A stretch of DNA of 64,000 nt from Coleofasciculus chthonoplastes F2-STO-03 (GTDB lineage Bacteria > Cyanobacteriota > Cyanobacteriia > Cyanobacteriales > Coleofasciculaceae). Numbering within the stretch: the first letter of the stretch is position 1; the number at the start of each line of letters is the position of its first letter. The notes under the pieces were generated by a model. The model saw nothing but the letters and a program-made list of their open reading frames with translations, made no database searches and had not been told where the DNA came from. The stretch spans positions 28,712 to 92,711 of the forward strand of contig JAVJWO010000165.1 in NCBI GenBank assembly GCA_040222015.1. The letters run 5' to 3'. The translations under genes were made by a program, and so were the position numbers. Of the stretch, positions 39,749 through 52,600 are shown piece by piece.

Positions 39749-41188
39749 CTAACCCACGGCTCCTTCTAATTTCAGACTCAATAATTTATCGGCTTCAGCG
39801 GCAAATTCCATCGGCAGTTCGTTGAAAACATCCTGACAGAATCCACTGACAATCATGGAAACCGCGTCTTCTTCGGAGATTCCCCGTTGAGTAAAGTAGA
39901 ATAGCTGATCCTCGCCAATTTTCGAGGTTGAGGCTTCGTGTTCAACCTTCGCCAGGTTATTTTCAACTTGAATATAAGGGAACGTATTTGCCTCAGCAGT
40001 ATCCCCAATCAACATGGAATCACACTGGGAATAATTCCGCGCCCCTTTTGCTTTCGGACTCACTTTCACTAAACCCCGATAGCTATTCTTAGAATTGCCA
40101 GCGGAAATCCCTTTAGAAATAATCGTGCTACGGGTATTTTTGCCAATATGCACCATTTTGGTTCCCGTGTCGGCTTGCTGCATATTATTGGTTAACGCCA
40201 CGGAGTAAAACTCACCGACTGAGTTATCTCCGACTAGAACACAACTGGGATATTTCCAGGTAATCGCTGAACCCGTTTCTACCTGCGTCCAGGAAATCTT
40301 GGAGTTAACCCCTTTGCACAAACCGCGCTTGGTGACAAAGTTATAAATTCCACCTTTACCCTTTTCATCCCCTGCAAACCAGTTTTGTACGGTGGAATAT
40401 TTAATATCGGCGTTATCTAGCGTGACGAGTTCGACAACGGCGGCGTGGAGTTGGTTGGTGTCGTACATGGGTGCAGTACACCCTTCTAAGTAACTCACCG
40501 AACTCCCTTCTTCAGCGACAATCAAGGTGCGCTCAAACTGTCCCGTGTCCCCAGCATTAATCCGGAAATAGGTAGACAATTCCATGGGACATTTGACGCC
40601 TTTGGGAATAAACACAAAGGAACCGTCACTAAACACCGCCGAGTTCAGAGCAGCAAAGTAATTATCGCCGACGGGAACCACACTACCCAGATATTTCTGT
40701 ACTAATTCTGGGTGTTCTTGCAGCGCTTCGGAGATGGAACAGAAGATAACGCCAGATTCAGCTAATTTTTCTTTAAATGTGGTGGCGACGGAAACGCTAT
40801 CGAAAATCGCATCCACGGCGACGTTAGACAGTCGCTTCTGTTCAGATAGGGGAATCCCCAGTTTTTCAAAGGTTTCCAGCAGGGCGGGATCAACGTCCTC
40901 TAGGCTGTTCAGCTTTTCCGTTTTCTTTTTCGGGGCGGAGTAGTAAATGATATCCTGATAGTTGATGGGCGGATAGTTAACGTGAGACCACGTCGGTTCC
41001 TCCATCTTCAACCATTGGCGATAGGCTTTGAGACGAAACTCCAGCATGAACTCCGGTTCGTTCTTCTTGGCAGAGATCAGGCGGACTACGTCTTCATTCA
41101 AGCCACGGGGAATGGTATCGGCTTCGATATCGGTGACAAAGCCGTACTTGTAGGGCTGGTTGACTAATTTTTTAACAGTAGCAGTCAT
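39749..41188 (-). CDS. sufB: Fe-S assembly protein SufB
   Basis: [24 protein letters not shown]. Confidence 0.98.
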   Translation of the reverse strand: MTATVKKLVNQPYKYGFVTDIEADTIPRGLNEDVVRLISAKKNEPEFMLEFRLKAYRQWLKMEEPTWSHVNYPPINYQDIIYYSAPKKKTEKLNSLEDVDPALLETFEKLGIPLSEQKRLSNVAVDAIFDSVSVATTFKEKLAESGVIFCSISEALQEHPELVQKYLGSVVPVGDNYFAALNSAVFSDGSFVFIPKGVKCPMELSTYFRINAGDTGQFERTLIVAEEGSSVSYLEGCTAPMYDTNQLHAAVVELVTLDNADIKYSTVQNWFAGDEKGKGGIYNFVTKRGLCKGVNSKISWTQVETGSAITWKYPSCVLVGDNSVGEFYSVALTNNMQQADTGTKMVHIGKNTRSTIISKGISAGNSKNSYRGLVKVSPKAKGARNYSQCDSMLIGDTAEANTFPYIQVENNLAKVEHEASTSKIGEDQLFYFTQRGISEEDAVSMIVSGFCQDVFNELPMEFAAEADKLLSLKLEGAVG

Positions 41189-41303
41189 TCGCTTGTGTAT
41201 TCTCTCTTCGATTAATTAAGGATGGGAGGTGGTGAGTCTGTTGTTACCAGTTTTACAGGGTTCGGGCTGATTGCGGTAACGTTGCACTAGCTCTAGACTA
41301 AAA

Positions 41304-41357
41304 CAACACCTTTGTTGTTTAACTCTATTGTAGGTTATATTAACAACTAAGATGTTG
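41304..41357. promoter_or_regulatory. Two SufR operators (CAAC-N6-GTTG)
   Basis: CAACACCTTTGTTG (41304-17) and CAACTAAGATGTTG (41344-57), 26 bp apart, between divergent sufB and sufR. Confidence 0.85.
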
Positions 41358-41397
41358 TCAAAGTCAACTACATTTCTTCTCTTGCCCTAACATAAGC

Positions 41398-42075
41398 GTG
41401 ATTTCACCCCAAAAGCCGATGACCACCATTCAGCAATCTTCTACCAAGCAAGACATTTTGCAGTATTTACTCAAACAGGAGCAAGCGATCGCGCATTCAT
41501 TAGCGGAAGCTCTGGAGATTAGTCCCCAAGCGATTCGCCGTCACCTGAAGGATTTGGAGGCTGAGGGACTGATTGAGTATCAATCGGTATCCATGGGGAT
41601 GGGGCGTCCTCAACATGTTTACCGCTTGAGCAAAAAAGGACGCGATCGCTTCCCTAACCATTATGGTGAGTTTGCCGTGTCTTTGCTAGACACCCTGGAA
41701 GAAACCGTGGGTCGGGATCAGGTGAGTACCATCCTCCAGAAACAGTGGGAACGCAAAGCCCTGGAATACCGCCAGCTTTTGGGTCAAGGTTCATTAGCCG
41801 AACGAGTCGCCAAATTGGTAGAACTGCGCCAAAGTGAAGGATACATGGCGGAATGGTATCCGGTCGAATCCAGCGATGCTAGCGAGTCAACTCATAACCA
41901 GTTTATTTTCAGAGAACACAACTGTGCAATTTCCAACGTCGCTGAATCCTTTCCCAGCGTCTGCGGACATGAGTTAGAAATGTTTGCCGCTATCCTACCC
42001 GATTGTCAAGTCGAGCGCACCCACTGGATTAATCATGGAGAACATCAGTGTGGCTATTTGATTAAGGGGAAATAA
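41398..42075 (+). CDS. sufR: Fe-S cluster regulator SufR
   Basis: HTH ISPQAIRRHLKDL; EHNCAI...VCGHE...C..C. Confidence 0.95.
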   Translation: MISPQKPMTTIQQSSTKQDILQYLLKQEQAIAHSLAEALEISPQAIRRHLKDLEAEGLIEYQSVSMGMGRPQHVYRLSKKGRDRFPNHYGEFAVSLLDTLEETVGRDQVSTILQKQWERKALEYRQLLGQGSLAERVAKLVELRQSEGYMAEWYPVESSDASESTHNQFIFREHNCAISNVAESFPSVCGHELEMFAAILPDCQVERTHWINHGEHQCGYLIKGK

Positions 42076-42078
42076 TTT

Positions 42079-42132
42079 GTCATTGGTCATTGGTCATTGG
42101 TCATTGGTCATTGGTCATTGGTCATTGGTCAT
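42079..42132. repeat. Heptamer STRR (GTCATTG)n
   Basis: About 7.5 tandem copies. Confidence 0.9.
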
Positions 42133-42399
42133 TTGAAAGAACCGTATAACCGTAGGGTGCGTTAGGCGTAACAACTCATATTTATTATCCTTCTAATGGG
42201 AATGTCGCCGTAACGCACCATGATTTGGGTCATTGGTCATTGGTCAGATAACTATAGTAAGTGGTCGGGGCGGGTTTACTTAAGTGATTGGTTTGGGTCA
42301 AAATTTTATAGGTAAAACCCGCCCCTACATCTTCCCCGGCTTCCCCTGCTCCCTCTGCTCCCTCTGCTCCCTTATCTCGCCATCTCCCCCACTTTACGT

Positions 42400-42651
42400 A
42401 TGTCTCAACAACCAACAACACAATTTTTAAGTCCAGAGGAATCTGCTGCGGTAGATAAAGCGTTACTCGCATCTCATGAGAAGTTTTTAACCCGATTAAC
42501 TATTTCATCCCTGCGCCTTTTAACCCATATTGCCCAAGACACAGGAGTGGCTGTGGAAGAGTTGACGCCTCAGCAGGTGATTGATTGGTTTGAAAACGAT
42601 AGTAAGATTCGCCGTGAACAGGGATCGGATGCCGCGTTTTTGAAGTGGTGA
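42400..42651 (+). CDS. Small conserved-looking cyanobacterial protein
   Basis: FLSPEESAAVDKALL...KFLTRLTISS...FLKW. Confidence 0.7.
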   Translation: MSQQPTTQFLSPEESAAVDKALLASHEKFLTRLTISSLRLLTHIAQDTGVAVEELTPQQVIDWFENDSKIRREQGSDAAFLKW

Positions 42652-42950
42652 TTTCCCTGGCTTCTCTGAAATCCGATATAACCAAGCTGGATCAACGGGA
42701 TTCGTCCTGTTGATTAATTTATTTTTAGAGAAAAATAGAGCTTTTTGTTTTAGTATTCGCACCTAATTTGTCAAGGTTCAGACAATAAATATTGATAGAA
42801 GTTAACAAAACTAAATTTATTCAAAAAAATAAAATTAGTTCACTAAAAATTCATAGATTTAGCGGGTAATTTTATACGGATTTTTCCTATTCGCTAGTGA
42901 AGGTTAATTATGATGGCGAGTAGACGAAACTCCTGCTTAGAGGTAATTCC

Positions 42951-43799
42951 GTGAAACTTCAATTAACTTTTTTACTATCAGTCGCCTTCGTCGCTGGTGT
43001 AGCGGCAAAAGCGCAAGCGGCGAATTTTTTTACCTATAATCCGAATGAGCAAGAAATTTATCACAGCACATTTGATAACGCAAATGATTGGCAGCTAAAC
43101 AATACTACTGTCGCTCAGGGTGAGCTTCAGGCTAATCCGGAGGCGAATTGGGCATCAGCCTACTACGATCTCTCATCGTTGAATCAATTGGATTTAGATG
43201 AGGGTGATATTGCTCTTTACTGGAGCGCTCGCACAGATCGAAGCAAGCCAGAACTGGGTAAGTTCTTTATGGAACTGAATGTTGCACCAACAGATACCCA
43301 GGAACCGCGCCAAATTAACTGGAATATCCGTCCTGTTTCTCCCCGTGATGGCAATTTCCGCAATTTACCCTATCTACTTTACGTTGATCCCGGCTTTAAT
43401 ATTCCCCATGAGGTTGAACAAGAACTGGTTGTTCCCGATCAATTTCCTGATACTGAAACCTATGAGAATTTCCGACTCACATTGAGTAAAACGGGAGTAG
43501 ATACAGTTGAAGTCACGCCCTACTATTGGCTGAATGATAATTGGCAAGTGTTTTCAGCCAAAGACGGTTCAACGCTACCCATGAGCGTCAGTATTCAAGA
43601 TAATCTGGTAGGTCAAGACTATTTTGAGTCTCTCAGCTTTCGGTTTCGCCAAAATCGGTCATATCTGGATGCGGTTGCCATTACTCGGATTCCCACCGAT
43701 TCAGAACCCGTTGATATTCCAGAAGCGTCTACAACGTTAGGTTTATTCGCCATAGGTGCTTGGGGAATCCGTAAGTTTGTTCAAAAGCTGAATCGATAA
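42951..43799 (+). CDS. Secreted PEP-CTERM-type protein
   Basis: Signal peptide AQA; IPEASTTLGLFAIGAWGIRK tail. Confidence 0.8.
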   Translation: MKLQLTFLLSVAFVAGVAAKAQAANFFTYNPNEQEIYHSTFDNANDWQLNNTTVAQGELQANPEANWASAYYDLSSLNQLDLDEGDIALYWSARTDRSKPELGKFFMELNVAPTDTQEPRQINWNIRPVSPRDGNFRNLPYLLYVDPGFNIPHEVEQELVVPDQFPDTETYENFRLTLSKTGVDTVEVTPYYWLNDNWQVFSAKDGSTLPMSVSIQDNLVGQDYFESLSFRFRQNRSYLDAVAITRIPTDSEPVDIPEASTTLGLFAIGAWGIRKFVQKLNR

Positions 43800-44018
43800 G
43801 AAGAATTAACACGCTTCCTAGTGCAGATTTGGTATCACTGAGATTTTGTACCATTCTCAATAAGCAAAATTGTCAAAAAATTGTAGGGTGCGTTAGCGAA
43901 GCGTAACGCACCATTTAAGCGTAACGCACCATTTTTATGACTAAAGGAAACTTTTAAAATAAATTTTGGCTAATAACCATTTTCTAGGATGCGATCGCGA
44001 CAGCTTTCCCTGCTAGCA

Positions 44019-44804
44019 CTATCGCAGTTGTTGCTCGGTTAACACTGTATTAACCCAGACGCGCTCATCTGCTAACAATGGCGGTACGGGTTCTTGCGTA
44101 TAATCGATTGCCAAATCATAACTGGCTTGCTCGTACACATTATTCAACAATACCTGTAAATCGACTACGGGTTCTGCATCGCCCGACTTCAATGGCAAGG
44201 GAAATGAGGGAATCGTATCCGGTAAATTAAAGGCATATAAATCAGCTTGAGGACGACGCTCTCCTCGACTAACTAAAATGCGATAATGAGTTTGACCATT
44301 GCTATGATATACTGGCATGGGTTGTCCCTTCCGCAGTAAATCAATTTCTACTAAATGAGTTGAACTGCCGAAGATTTTATGGCGTTTAGTTTCATATTTA
44401 TCGCGTCCTTCTCCGGAACGTTTATTAATCGGAGAGAGTATCTCAATAACAGTTACAACTTCACCCGTGGCGACTTCTCGCACTTCTAAATACCCTTGCT
44501 TAATTGTTTCCGGTACAGGAACTTCTACGATTTTGGGTTGAGTTGGAGATGGGGCGACAGCAACATTACTCATCGGTTGTTTCGTTGTCGCCTGTGAACG
44601 TTTGACCGTTAAATCGGGAATACCCACGAGTAGGGATTGTTCGCCAGCGGTTTCATACAGACGCACCTCAACCGCCACTCTGTATTTTGGGCGCAATTGA
44701 GGAGAAAGTGACCTAGCTAATTCAACAATTAGCCAGTGATGGATTCCGGGCCAGATTTCTGGGTGTTCTAGGTAAGGGTTCATCCCCGGAAACGGGTTCG
44801 GCAT
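44019..44804 (-). CDS. DUF4058 family protein
   Basis: MPNPFPGMNPYLE, VIEILSP.NK, HLVEIDLLR. Confidence 0.88.
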   Translation of the reverse strand: MPNPFPGMNPYLEHPEIWPGIHHWLIVELARSLSPQLRPKYRVAVEVRLYETAGEQSLLVGIPDLTVKRSQATTKQPMSNVAVAPSPTQPKIVEVPVPETIKQGYLEVREVATGEVVTVIEILSPINKRSGEGRDKYETKRHKIFGSSTHLVEIDLLRKGQPMPVYHSNGQTHYRILVSRGERRPQADLYAFNLPDTIPSFPLPLKSGDAEPVVDLQVLLNNVYEQASYDLAIDYTQEPVPPLLADERVWVNTVLTEQQLR

Positions 44805-44911
44805 AAATTTCCCTCCTTGGCGTTCGATTCTCGTTGCTTAAATTTTATCGTCGTTTTGCCCTAGCGCTGGAAATTCGCGGCATCAGACAGCTTATTTAAA
44901 TGCGTGTTCGC

Positions 44912-45628
44912 TTAATAGGGATGAGATTGCAGCCAAGCGGTAATCTGTGGGATTTGACTCACTGTACTTTTCAGCGTCTCTAGGTTTGGATAAGGCTGCA
45001 ACAAATCCTTTGGCGGTTGATATGGTCCATCTGGTTCTGGGATGTAGGCAAATGCAGTGGGATCATTCCATAATTTCCCCGTATGATCATATATACACAG
45101 AATGTCAAACACCGCGATATCTGCCCAGGTTAAGGATGAGCCAACCAGAAATGAAGAAGCTTGATTTTGAGTGATTAGTTGCTCAAGTTTCTCTAAGTGC
45201 ATGGGTACAGATGTGGCAAAATACTCGTTTAATCGCTTCACCTTAACGGATGCGTCTCTCATTTTCATAATGAATTGACCTTGTTCCACCACCCGGTCAA
45301 CATAACACCCATATAGTAGATCTTGGAGGTCTCTCCAGGCATCAACGATCATATCGGATAGGGCTGCCTGTAAATGGTCTATGGGATAAAGTTCTGCCTG
45401 TTTAGCGGCATAACGTGCGATCGCGCATGACTGGCTGATTACTGTATCCCCCAGCTTCAGAATCGGTAGTTGACCAAAAGGAAGCTCCCCACTGGAGCGC
45501 ATTTGCCCGTACTCTTCAAAGGAGAGTCTTTGATCGTCAAAGGGAACCTCGCCACAGGTGAAAATAAGGCGTGAAAGTTCGGCTCTACCTTTCCCTTGAA
45601 AATACACTAAAACAGGAACGTCTTTCAT
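44912..45628 (-). CDS. Glutathione S-transferase
   Basis: YF..KGRAE, PFGQLP.L, SQSCAIARY, FLVGSSLTWAD. Confidence 0.88.
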   Translation of the reverse strand: MKDVPVLVYFQGKGRAELSRLIFTCGEVPFDDQRLSFEEYGQMRSSGELPFGQLPILKLGDTVISQSCAIARYAAKQAELYPIDHLQAALSDMIVDAWRDLQDLLYGCYVDRVVEQGQFIMKMRDASVKVKRLNEYFATSVPMHLEKLEQLITQNQASSFLVGSSLTWADIAVFDILCIYDHTGKLWNDPTAFAYIPEPDGPYQPPKDLLQPYPNLETLKSTVSQIPQITAWLQSHPY

Positions 45629-45644
45629 GATACTTTTTCAGTCC

Positions 45645-45767
45645 TTAGATTTGAATCAATTTGATGCAGGGTTGACAAATTTGTTCGCTGAGTTGGCGGA
45701 TTTGTTGGTAGTAGGCTGATAAGGATAGTTTGTTTGAGGTTTGAGAATCAGGATGGGTGATTAACAT
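45645..45767 (-). pseudogene. 5' remnant resembling the EgtB N-terminus
   Basis: YYQQIRQLSEQICQP then early stop. Confidence 0.45.
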
Positions 45768-45865
45768 TATTATTATTAGGGATAATAAACATTGCCGTTT
45801 AGTGGCACCTTTGGAAACGAGAGTTGGGTTGTCGGTGTGGCTATATACATAAAATTGCTTTTTTG

Positions 45866-46564
45866 TCAAATCTGCCCCGGAGTCTGTCCTGTAAATTGGG
45901 TCTGATACACCCAGGTTTGTAAATACAGATCTGGTTGTCCTTTGGGTTCCGCTTGATATTTATCTCCCCGTTCGGTTAATGTCCATTTTCCTTGTGTTTC
46001 TAAGTCCGTCATTTTGTCTTTAAAGTCACTGCTTTCGTAGAAGTTAGGGCGTAGGGTAAAAATAATGTATCCTTCGGGTTTAGTAACACGAATTAATTCA
46101 TCAAACGAATGGCTCGGAGCATGTCCATAAGTAAATACGCCACAAGCTGTAACCGCATCAAAGGTAGCTGTGGGAAAGTCTAAGGGTTCGCCTAATATCA
46201 TTTGGCGTAACTGGGTGTAGACATGCTTCTTTTGTGCCTCAGCCAGCATTCCTGGGGAAAGGTCAATTCCGACTAGGTTGTCATAGCCTTCCTTGTGCAG
46301 CCATTGACCCATTGTACCTGTGCCTGCGCCAGCATCTAAGATTAGGGCATTTTGGGGGACGTATTTAAGTGTGAGATCGACGATAGGTTCGCGGTTGGGA
46401 CGACCAAAGGTTTCGGTTAAATCGCGTTCGTAGTCCTTTGCCCATTGGTTATAGCGATCGCGGAGTTGGCGATTATTTGGCGAACTATAAACCCACTGGA
46501 TTTTATCTGACATAGTTATCTTGATTATCAACTTTTGGCTGAAAATACTTTCCAGCATTGGCAC
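45866..46564 (-). CDS. Class I SAM-dependent methyltransferase
   Basis: YNQWAKDYE, ILDAGAGTG, GIDLSPGML; alternative start at 46513. Confidence 0.88.
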   Translation of the reverse strand: MPMLESIFSQKLIIKITMSDKIQWVYSSPNNRQLRDRYNQWAKDYERDLTETFGRPNREPIVDLTLKYVPQNALILDAGAGTGTMGQWLHKEGYDNLVGIDLSPGMLAEAQKKHVYTQLRQMILGEPLDFPTATFDAVTACGVFTYGHAPSHSFDELIRVTKPEGYIIFTLRPNFYESSDFKDKMTDLETQGKWTLTERGDKYQAEPKGQPDLYLQTWVYQTQFTGQTPGQI

Positions 46565-46673
46565 AAAAACAGATAACGTAGTGGAAGCGTTTCCCCTGAA
46601 TAGTTACAAATTGTTTATTAATGATTAAGTCTAGTGTTTCGAGCATATTTATAACTTTATTGTTATTGTTTTT

Positions 46674-49600
46674 TCATAGAAAATTTTTGAGTGGTTGGGC
46701 TAAACTCTGAACCTGGGGTTCCATCATCATGGTGAAATGATTTCCGGGAACAATTTGAACATCTAAGGGTTGGGAACAAAGCTGACTCCAGCCCCAAGTT
46801 GGGTCTTGTTGCGTCATCACTTTATCCGGGAGAAAATTATCTCCTGGGTGAATTTCACTCGCTCGCAACAGGGTGATTGAGTTGGGATAAACCTGCGAGG
46901 GGACATATTGAGTCATGGCTTGCATATTGGCTTTATAAACCTGAAACAGTCGCCTCAATTCGATTTCGCCAAATACCTGTCCCACCTTTTTCAAAGCCAA
47001 GAGAAGCAGGTTAATTTGCTCGTCCAAACTCAAAGAGTCAAGAGAGGATGGTAGGTTTAAGTCTTGCTCTAGGGAGCGTTCAAACATCCTGGCAAGACTA
47101 ATCATATAGTTGCTGTCATGCCAATGAATGGCATCTTTTTCATGTTCGACAACAGGTACTTGAATATCCATAATTGCCAGTAGAGAAACTTCCTGCCCTT
47201 GAGCCTGTAACTGGTTGGCGATTTCAAACGCCACTTTTCCCCCAAAGGAATGCCCAGCGAGAAAATAAGGACCATGGGGTTGTATCTCTTGGATGGATTT
47301 GATCTGGTGAGCGGCAATATCAGCCATATTGGTATAGGGTTCAATGTCTTCATCCAAACCCAGCGATCGCAACCCATAAAACGGTTGCTGATTTCCCAGA
47401 TAACGGGCTAAGGGTTCCAGTTCAAACACATTGCCTAAAATTCCCGGCAGACAGAACAAGGGGGGTTTATTACCGTGAGGTTGAATCGCCACTAGGGTGG
47501 AGCAGTAGTCACTCTTACTGTTAGGTGAAGTTGGGGTTAACTCGGCTAAACCCAGAACCGCGATCGCGAGATAATCAACCAGGGCTTCTAAGGTTGGATA
47601 GTCAAACAGTAGAGTCGATCGTAAATTACATCCCAAACTCCTTTGTAGATAACTTCGCAACTCAATTGCCATCAACGAGTCTAACCCTAAATCAAATAAC
47701 CGTTGCCCTACCTGAATGTTTTCCGGTTCCTTTAAGCCTAGAGTTTTCCCTACCAATCCTCGAACATGAGACGTGAGCCAATCTCGACGCGCTGATGCGG
47801 GGATTCGCTCCAACTCTAACTTGAATGACGGCGTTGATTCCTCCGGTGCAGCCGCAACATTTGACCTCAAATACTCATAGAAAGGCGGCACTTGTGGCAA
47901 TCCACCCATCCATTTTGACCAATCGGTCATCGGTAGTACAGTAACTTGGGTGGCATTTTCGGCGATTAATTTGCCCAGCACTTGAAACCCGTCTGAATCG
48001 GTAATCAAATCAATCCCTTGAGCCGCTAATCGCAACTGTTGCTCTTGGCTGAGTTTAGCCGCCATCCCCACGTCACTCCAAGCGCCCCAGTTTACAGATA
48101 GAGCGGGTAGATTTAAAGCGCGACGGTAATGAGCCATTGTATCCAGGAATGTATTGGCAGCGATATAATTTCCTTGCCCCACCATTCCGGTAATGGATGC
48201 TGCCGAGGAGAAACAAATAAACAAGTCTAAGGGTACATCTTTGGTTAACTGATGTAAATTCCAGGAACCTGTCACTTTCGCCGCCATGACTGTCTCAAAT
48301 CTTGCCCAGGATTGTTTTTGCAGCACCCCATCATCTAACACGCCAGCGGCGTGAATAATCCCGCGTAGGGGTTGGGGACAAGCGGCGATTAAGTGAGCCA
48401 CATCCTCATACTGGGCGACATCGGCTTTCACTACCAAAATTTCTGCTCCCTTTTCCTCTAATTGGCGGATTTCTGCGCCGACTTCTGGTGAGTTTATGCC
48501 TCGGCGACTGGCTAAAACGATATGTTTGGCGCCTTCCTCAATTAGCCATTGAGCGGCTTTAATTCCTAAACCGCCTAACCCGCCAGTAATTAGATAACTG
48601 CCCTCGCCTCGAACTACGGTTGAAGATGGCGACGCTGACATGGATATGACAACTTTGCCAATATGTTTGGCGCCTGCCATATATCGGAAAGCATCAACAA
48701 CATTTTCTAGGGAGAAGACTTTCATCGGTAAGGGTTTCAGGCTACCCTCGGCAAACCCGGATAAGAGGTGAGCAAACAGGGAAGGGAGTAAATCTGGGTT
48801 TTGCTGGTAGGCTTCTCCTAATTCAAAAGGAAAATAAGCGGCATCGGGGCGGAGTTGTTGAACTTTCTGATTATCCCAGATATCGATTTTACCGAGTTCG
48901 ATAAATCGTCCATTCTGGGCAAGGATTTCAAAGCTTTTATCGATAAACTCTTTATTAAAGCTATTTAGGACAATAGTCACCCCTTGCCCATTGGTAAGTT
49001 GTTTAATCTCCTCCGCAAAGGCTAAGGTGCGGGAGTTCATTACATGATTAATTCCCATTGCCTTGAGAAACTCCCATTTTTTCTGACTCGCCGTGGCAAA
49101 AATTTCTGCTCCCGCCCGTTGCGCCAGTTGTACAGCGGCTTGCCCGACACCGCCTGCGGCAGAATGAATTAAAATGCTCTCACCTGCTTGAATCTTCCCT
49201 AACTCGTGCAGGGCATAGTCAGCGGTGAGAAAGGCAGCGGGAATCGCGGCGGCTTCTTCAAAACTGAACCCTTCCGGTTTGAGGGCAACCTGAGTCGCTG
49301 AGACGGTGACAAAACTCGCTAAACTTCCTGTCGCAAACGCCATCACGCGATCGCCTATCTGGAAATTAGAAACATTTTCCCCAACTGCAACAATTTCCCC
49401 AGCACATTCAAACCCAAAGGAAACCTCCCCAGGATGACTAATTCCTAATTCCTTTTCATAATACTCCCGCAGCATTCCCAGGGCATTGAGTACATCGCGG
49501 AAGTTTAACCCCGCCGCCCGCACCTGAATTTCTACTTCATCGGCTTCCGGTTGACGGCGCCTTAGGGGGGCTAACTCCAGATTGTCTAAGGTGCCGTAAC

Positions 49601-52600
49601 TGTCAAGTTTTACCCGTACTGGAGTGGTGCTAGGATTGGCGCTGATTCGGGATTGAGGCTTAAATCCTTTGAGTCGGGGGACATAACGCACCCCTTGACG
49701 ATAGCCGATTTGGTCTTCATTATCATCCTCAGCAAACAGTTCATCGAGTAGCGCTTCTACTGATGATGCCCTGTCTGCCGCCAATGGGTCCAAGTCTAAA
49801 CGCTTACACTGTAATTCAGGATATTCTAGGGAAATAGCTTGACCTAACCCCCATAACGGCGCCTGGGAGACTTGGATGGGAGCCGAATCAATCGGTTCTG
49901 CCCCTTGAGTAACCAGCCATAAACGGGGGGATAGTTTCGCATTTGATAGGGCTTGCACCAGATGCAAGGCACTCCCCGTTTGTAGTGAGCGCTTTAGCGC
50001 CTCCGCCTCCATCTTACTTTTGACGGGATCTGGAAAACCTCTCTCCAAACCTCTCTCCTGAAAGAAGAGAGGCTTTGAATTCTCCCTAGGGGGCTGGGGG
50101 GTTAGGTTTGATATCGATTTTTCTAGATGGCGTGAAAAGTCAGCCCCTTCAATACTCCACACATGCACCACTCCCTGCCAAGAAAAGGGGTTATCTTTCA
50201 GCAGGCGTTGAAACTCTTGTGGATTTGCGGGATTAATTTGATAGTATCCGGCGACACCATCTGGTTTTGCTGCTAATTCTAATTGTTGATAATTATCACC
50301 GGGAATCACCAGGGTACAGGAATGTCCTTTTTCAAACAGACTCTGGGCTAAGGCTTCACCAATGCCATTCCCGTCGGCAAAGATTAACCAATTTCCGGGT
50401 TCACTCCCTTGAGGGCGAGGAATACCCTGACTCGGTTGCCAAACGACTTCGTATAGGTGATTCTCTAACTCTGAGCGGTGAGTGATGTTCCGTTGATTGG
50501 CACGTCGTAGGCATAAGCCAGAAACCAATGCCACCAAATTTCCCTGATCATCAAACAGGTGAACCTCTGCATTCAGGATTTCGCGATCGCGGTTTCTTCC
50601 TGGTTTCAGGGTGGCATAACTCCATAAATTCCGACGGGGAGGATGATAGAGTTGCAGATGGTCTAAAACCACGGGTAAATAGGTGCCCTCGGGTAAAATA
50701 GCGCCCAATAGATGCAGACTCGCATCCAGTACGGCTGGGTGTAAGGTATACTCATCCATTGCCTGCCAAACCCCGTCTGGCACCCGAATTCTGCCCAGAG
50801 CCACTCCATCCCCTTTCCATAGTTGTTCTATGCCTTGAAAACTCGGACCAAACTCGATATCGTGCGATCGCCTGTTCGTAGTGGGCGCTTTAGCGCCCAC
50901 ATTCCGTCTTTGATAAAATATTTCAGCGGATATCTCTTCCCTACATTGCTCCTGCCAAGCCACCAACTCAAAAGGAATAGGTTGCGGTGCTGCTTGGTTT
51001 ACCTCTCCCGGCTTCCCGACTAAAACATCCCCGAAACCCTGACGTATCCAAGTCGGGTTTAGCGACATTTCCCCAGCCGCCATCCGACTATAAATCTGGA
51101 ACGAATAGATATCATTTCCTTTCGGCGTTAACACCAGTTGTAGGGTGTTTGATTCCGCCAGCACCAGGGGCTGCTCAATAAACACCTCTTGCAACGTAAT
51201 AACTTTACCGGGGAACATTGTTTTCCCTGCCGCTAACGCCATTTCTAAATAAGCAGTTAGGGGTAGAATCGCCTGCCCAAAAATGCGATGATCTGCCAAA
51301 TAAGTCAAATTCTGCCCATCTTGACTAATTTGGGATTGGAAGCGAATTTCTGATGTCCCCGCTAAATCCAATCGTTCACCCAGTAAGGGATGGCTCGTAG
51401 TGGGCGCTTTAGCGCCTTCGTTGGGTTCAATCCAATAGCGTTGTCGTTGAAACGGATAAGTCGGCAGATGTTCGCGGCGACGCGGGTAATCGCGATCAAA
51501 CCCTGCCCAATTCACCGATATCCCGTTCAGATACAGTTGTACCAAACTGCTTAACAGGGGTTGCCAATCGGTTTGGGATGGGCGCAAACTCGGCAACCAC
51601 AACCCCTGATGTTCAGGTAAACACTGACGCCCCATTCCTAATAAAACGGGTTTGGGTCCAATTTCGACGTATATCTCTACCCCCTGCTGTTCTAAACGCT
51701 TCATACTGGCGGCAAATTGCACCGGTTGTCGGATGTGACGCACCCAATACTCTGGAGTCGCTATCTCATTTTGCGCCACGGCTCCAGTAACATTACTGAT
51801 TACCTTAATCTGGGGGGAAGAAAAGCTAACCTGTTGAGCAATCCTCTCAAATTCTGCCAACATGGGTGTCATTAACGGCGAATGAAACCCATGGGAAACG
51901 GTTAAGGGTTTCATTTTAATCCCCTCAACCGCTAAGGTTTCACAAATCTGATTAATCACATCCCGTTTCCCGGAAATTACCACACTTTCGCTGCCGTTAA
52001 TCGCAGCAATGGAGACATCATTTTCATATCCTTCAATCGCGGCTTGCACCCGTTTCTCAGATGCCATCAGCGACACCATTGCCCCATCATCGGGTAAAGC
52101 CTGCATTAACTTCCCCCGGTGAGCAATTAAGTTCAACCCCTCTGCCAAACTAAACACCCCAGCCACACAAGCGGCGACATATTCCCCGACACTATGCCCC
52201 ATTACCAGATCAGGTTCTATGCCCCAAGCTTTCCATACCTGAAATAGGGCATATTCTAGGGCAAATAAAGCGGGTTGAGTATAAGCGGTTTGATTTAACT
52301 GGGTTGCCGATGACTTGTCCCCATACAGTACCTCAAGTAAAGGGATTTCTAGTTGAGAACGGAGAATTTCATCGCACTGTGCCATCGCTTCCCGAAATGT
52401 CGGTTGTGTCTCGTAGAGTTGGCGCCCCATATTCGGGTATTGAGAGCCTTGCCCGGTAAACAAAAAGGCGATTTTACCGATTTTTTCCCCCGGAGTCTCC
52501 AGTCGGCTCATGTTCCCAGAACCATCAACCAATTGTTCTCGAAGTTCGGCTTTTGATGCCACGATAACTGCCCACCGATGCTGAAATTGTTTCCGCCCCA

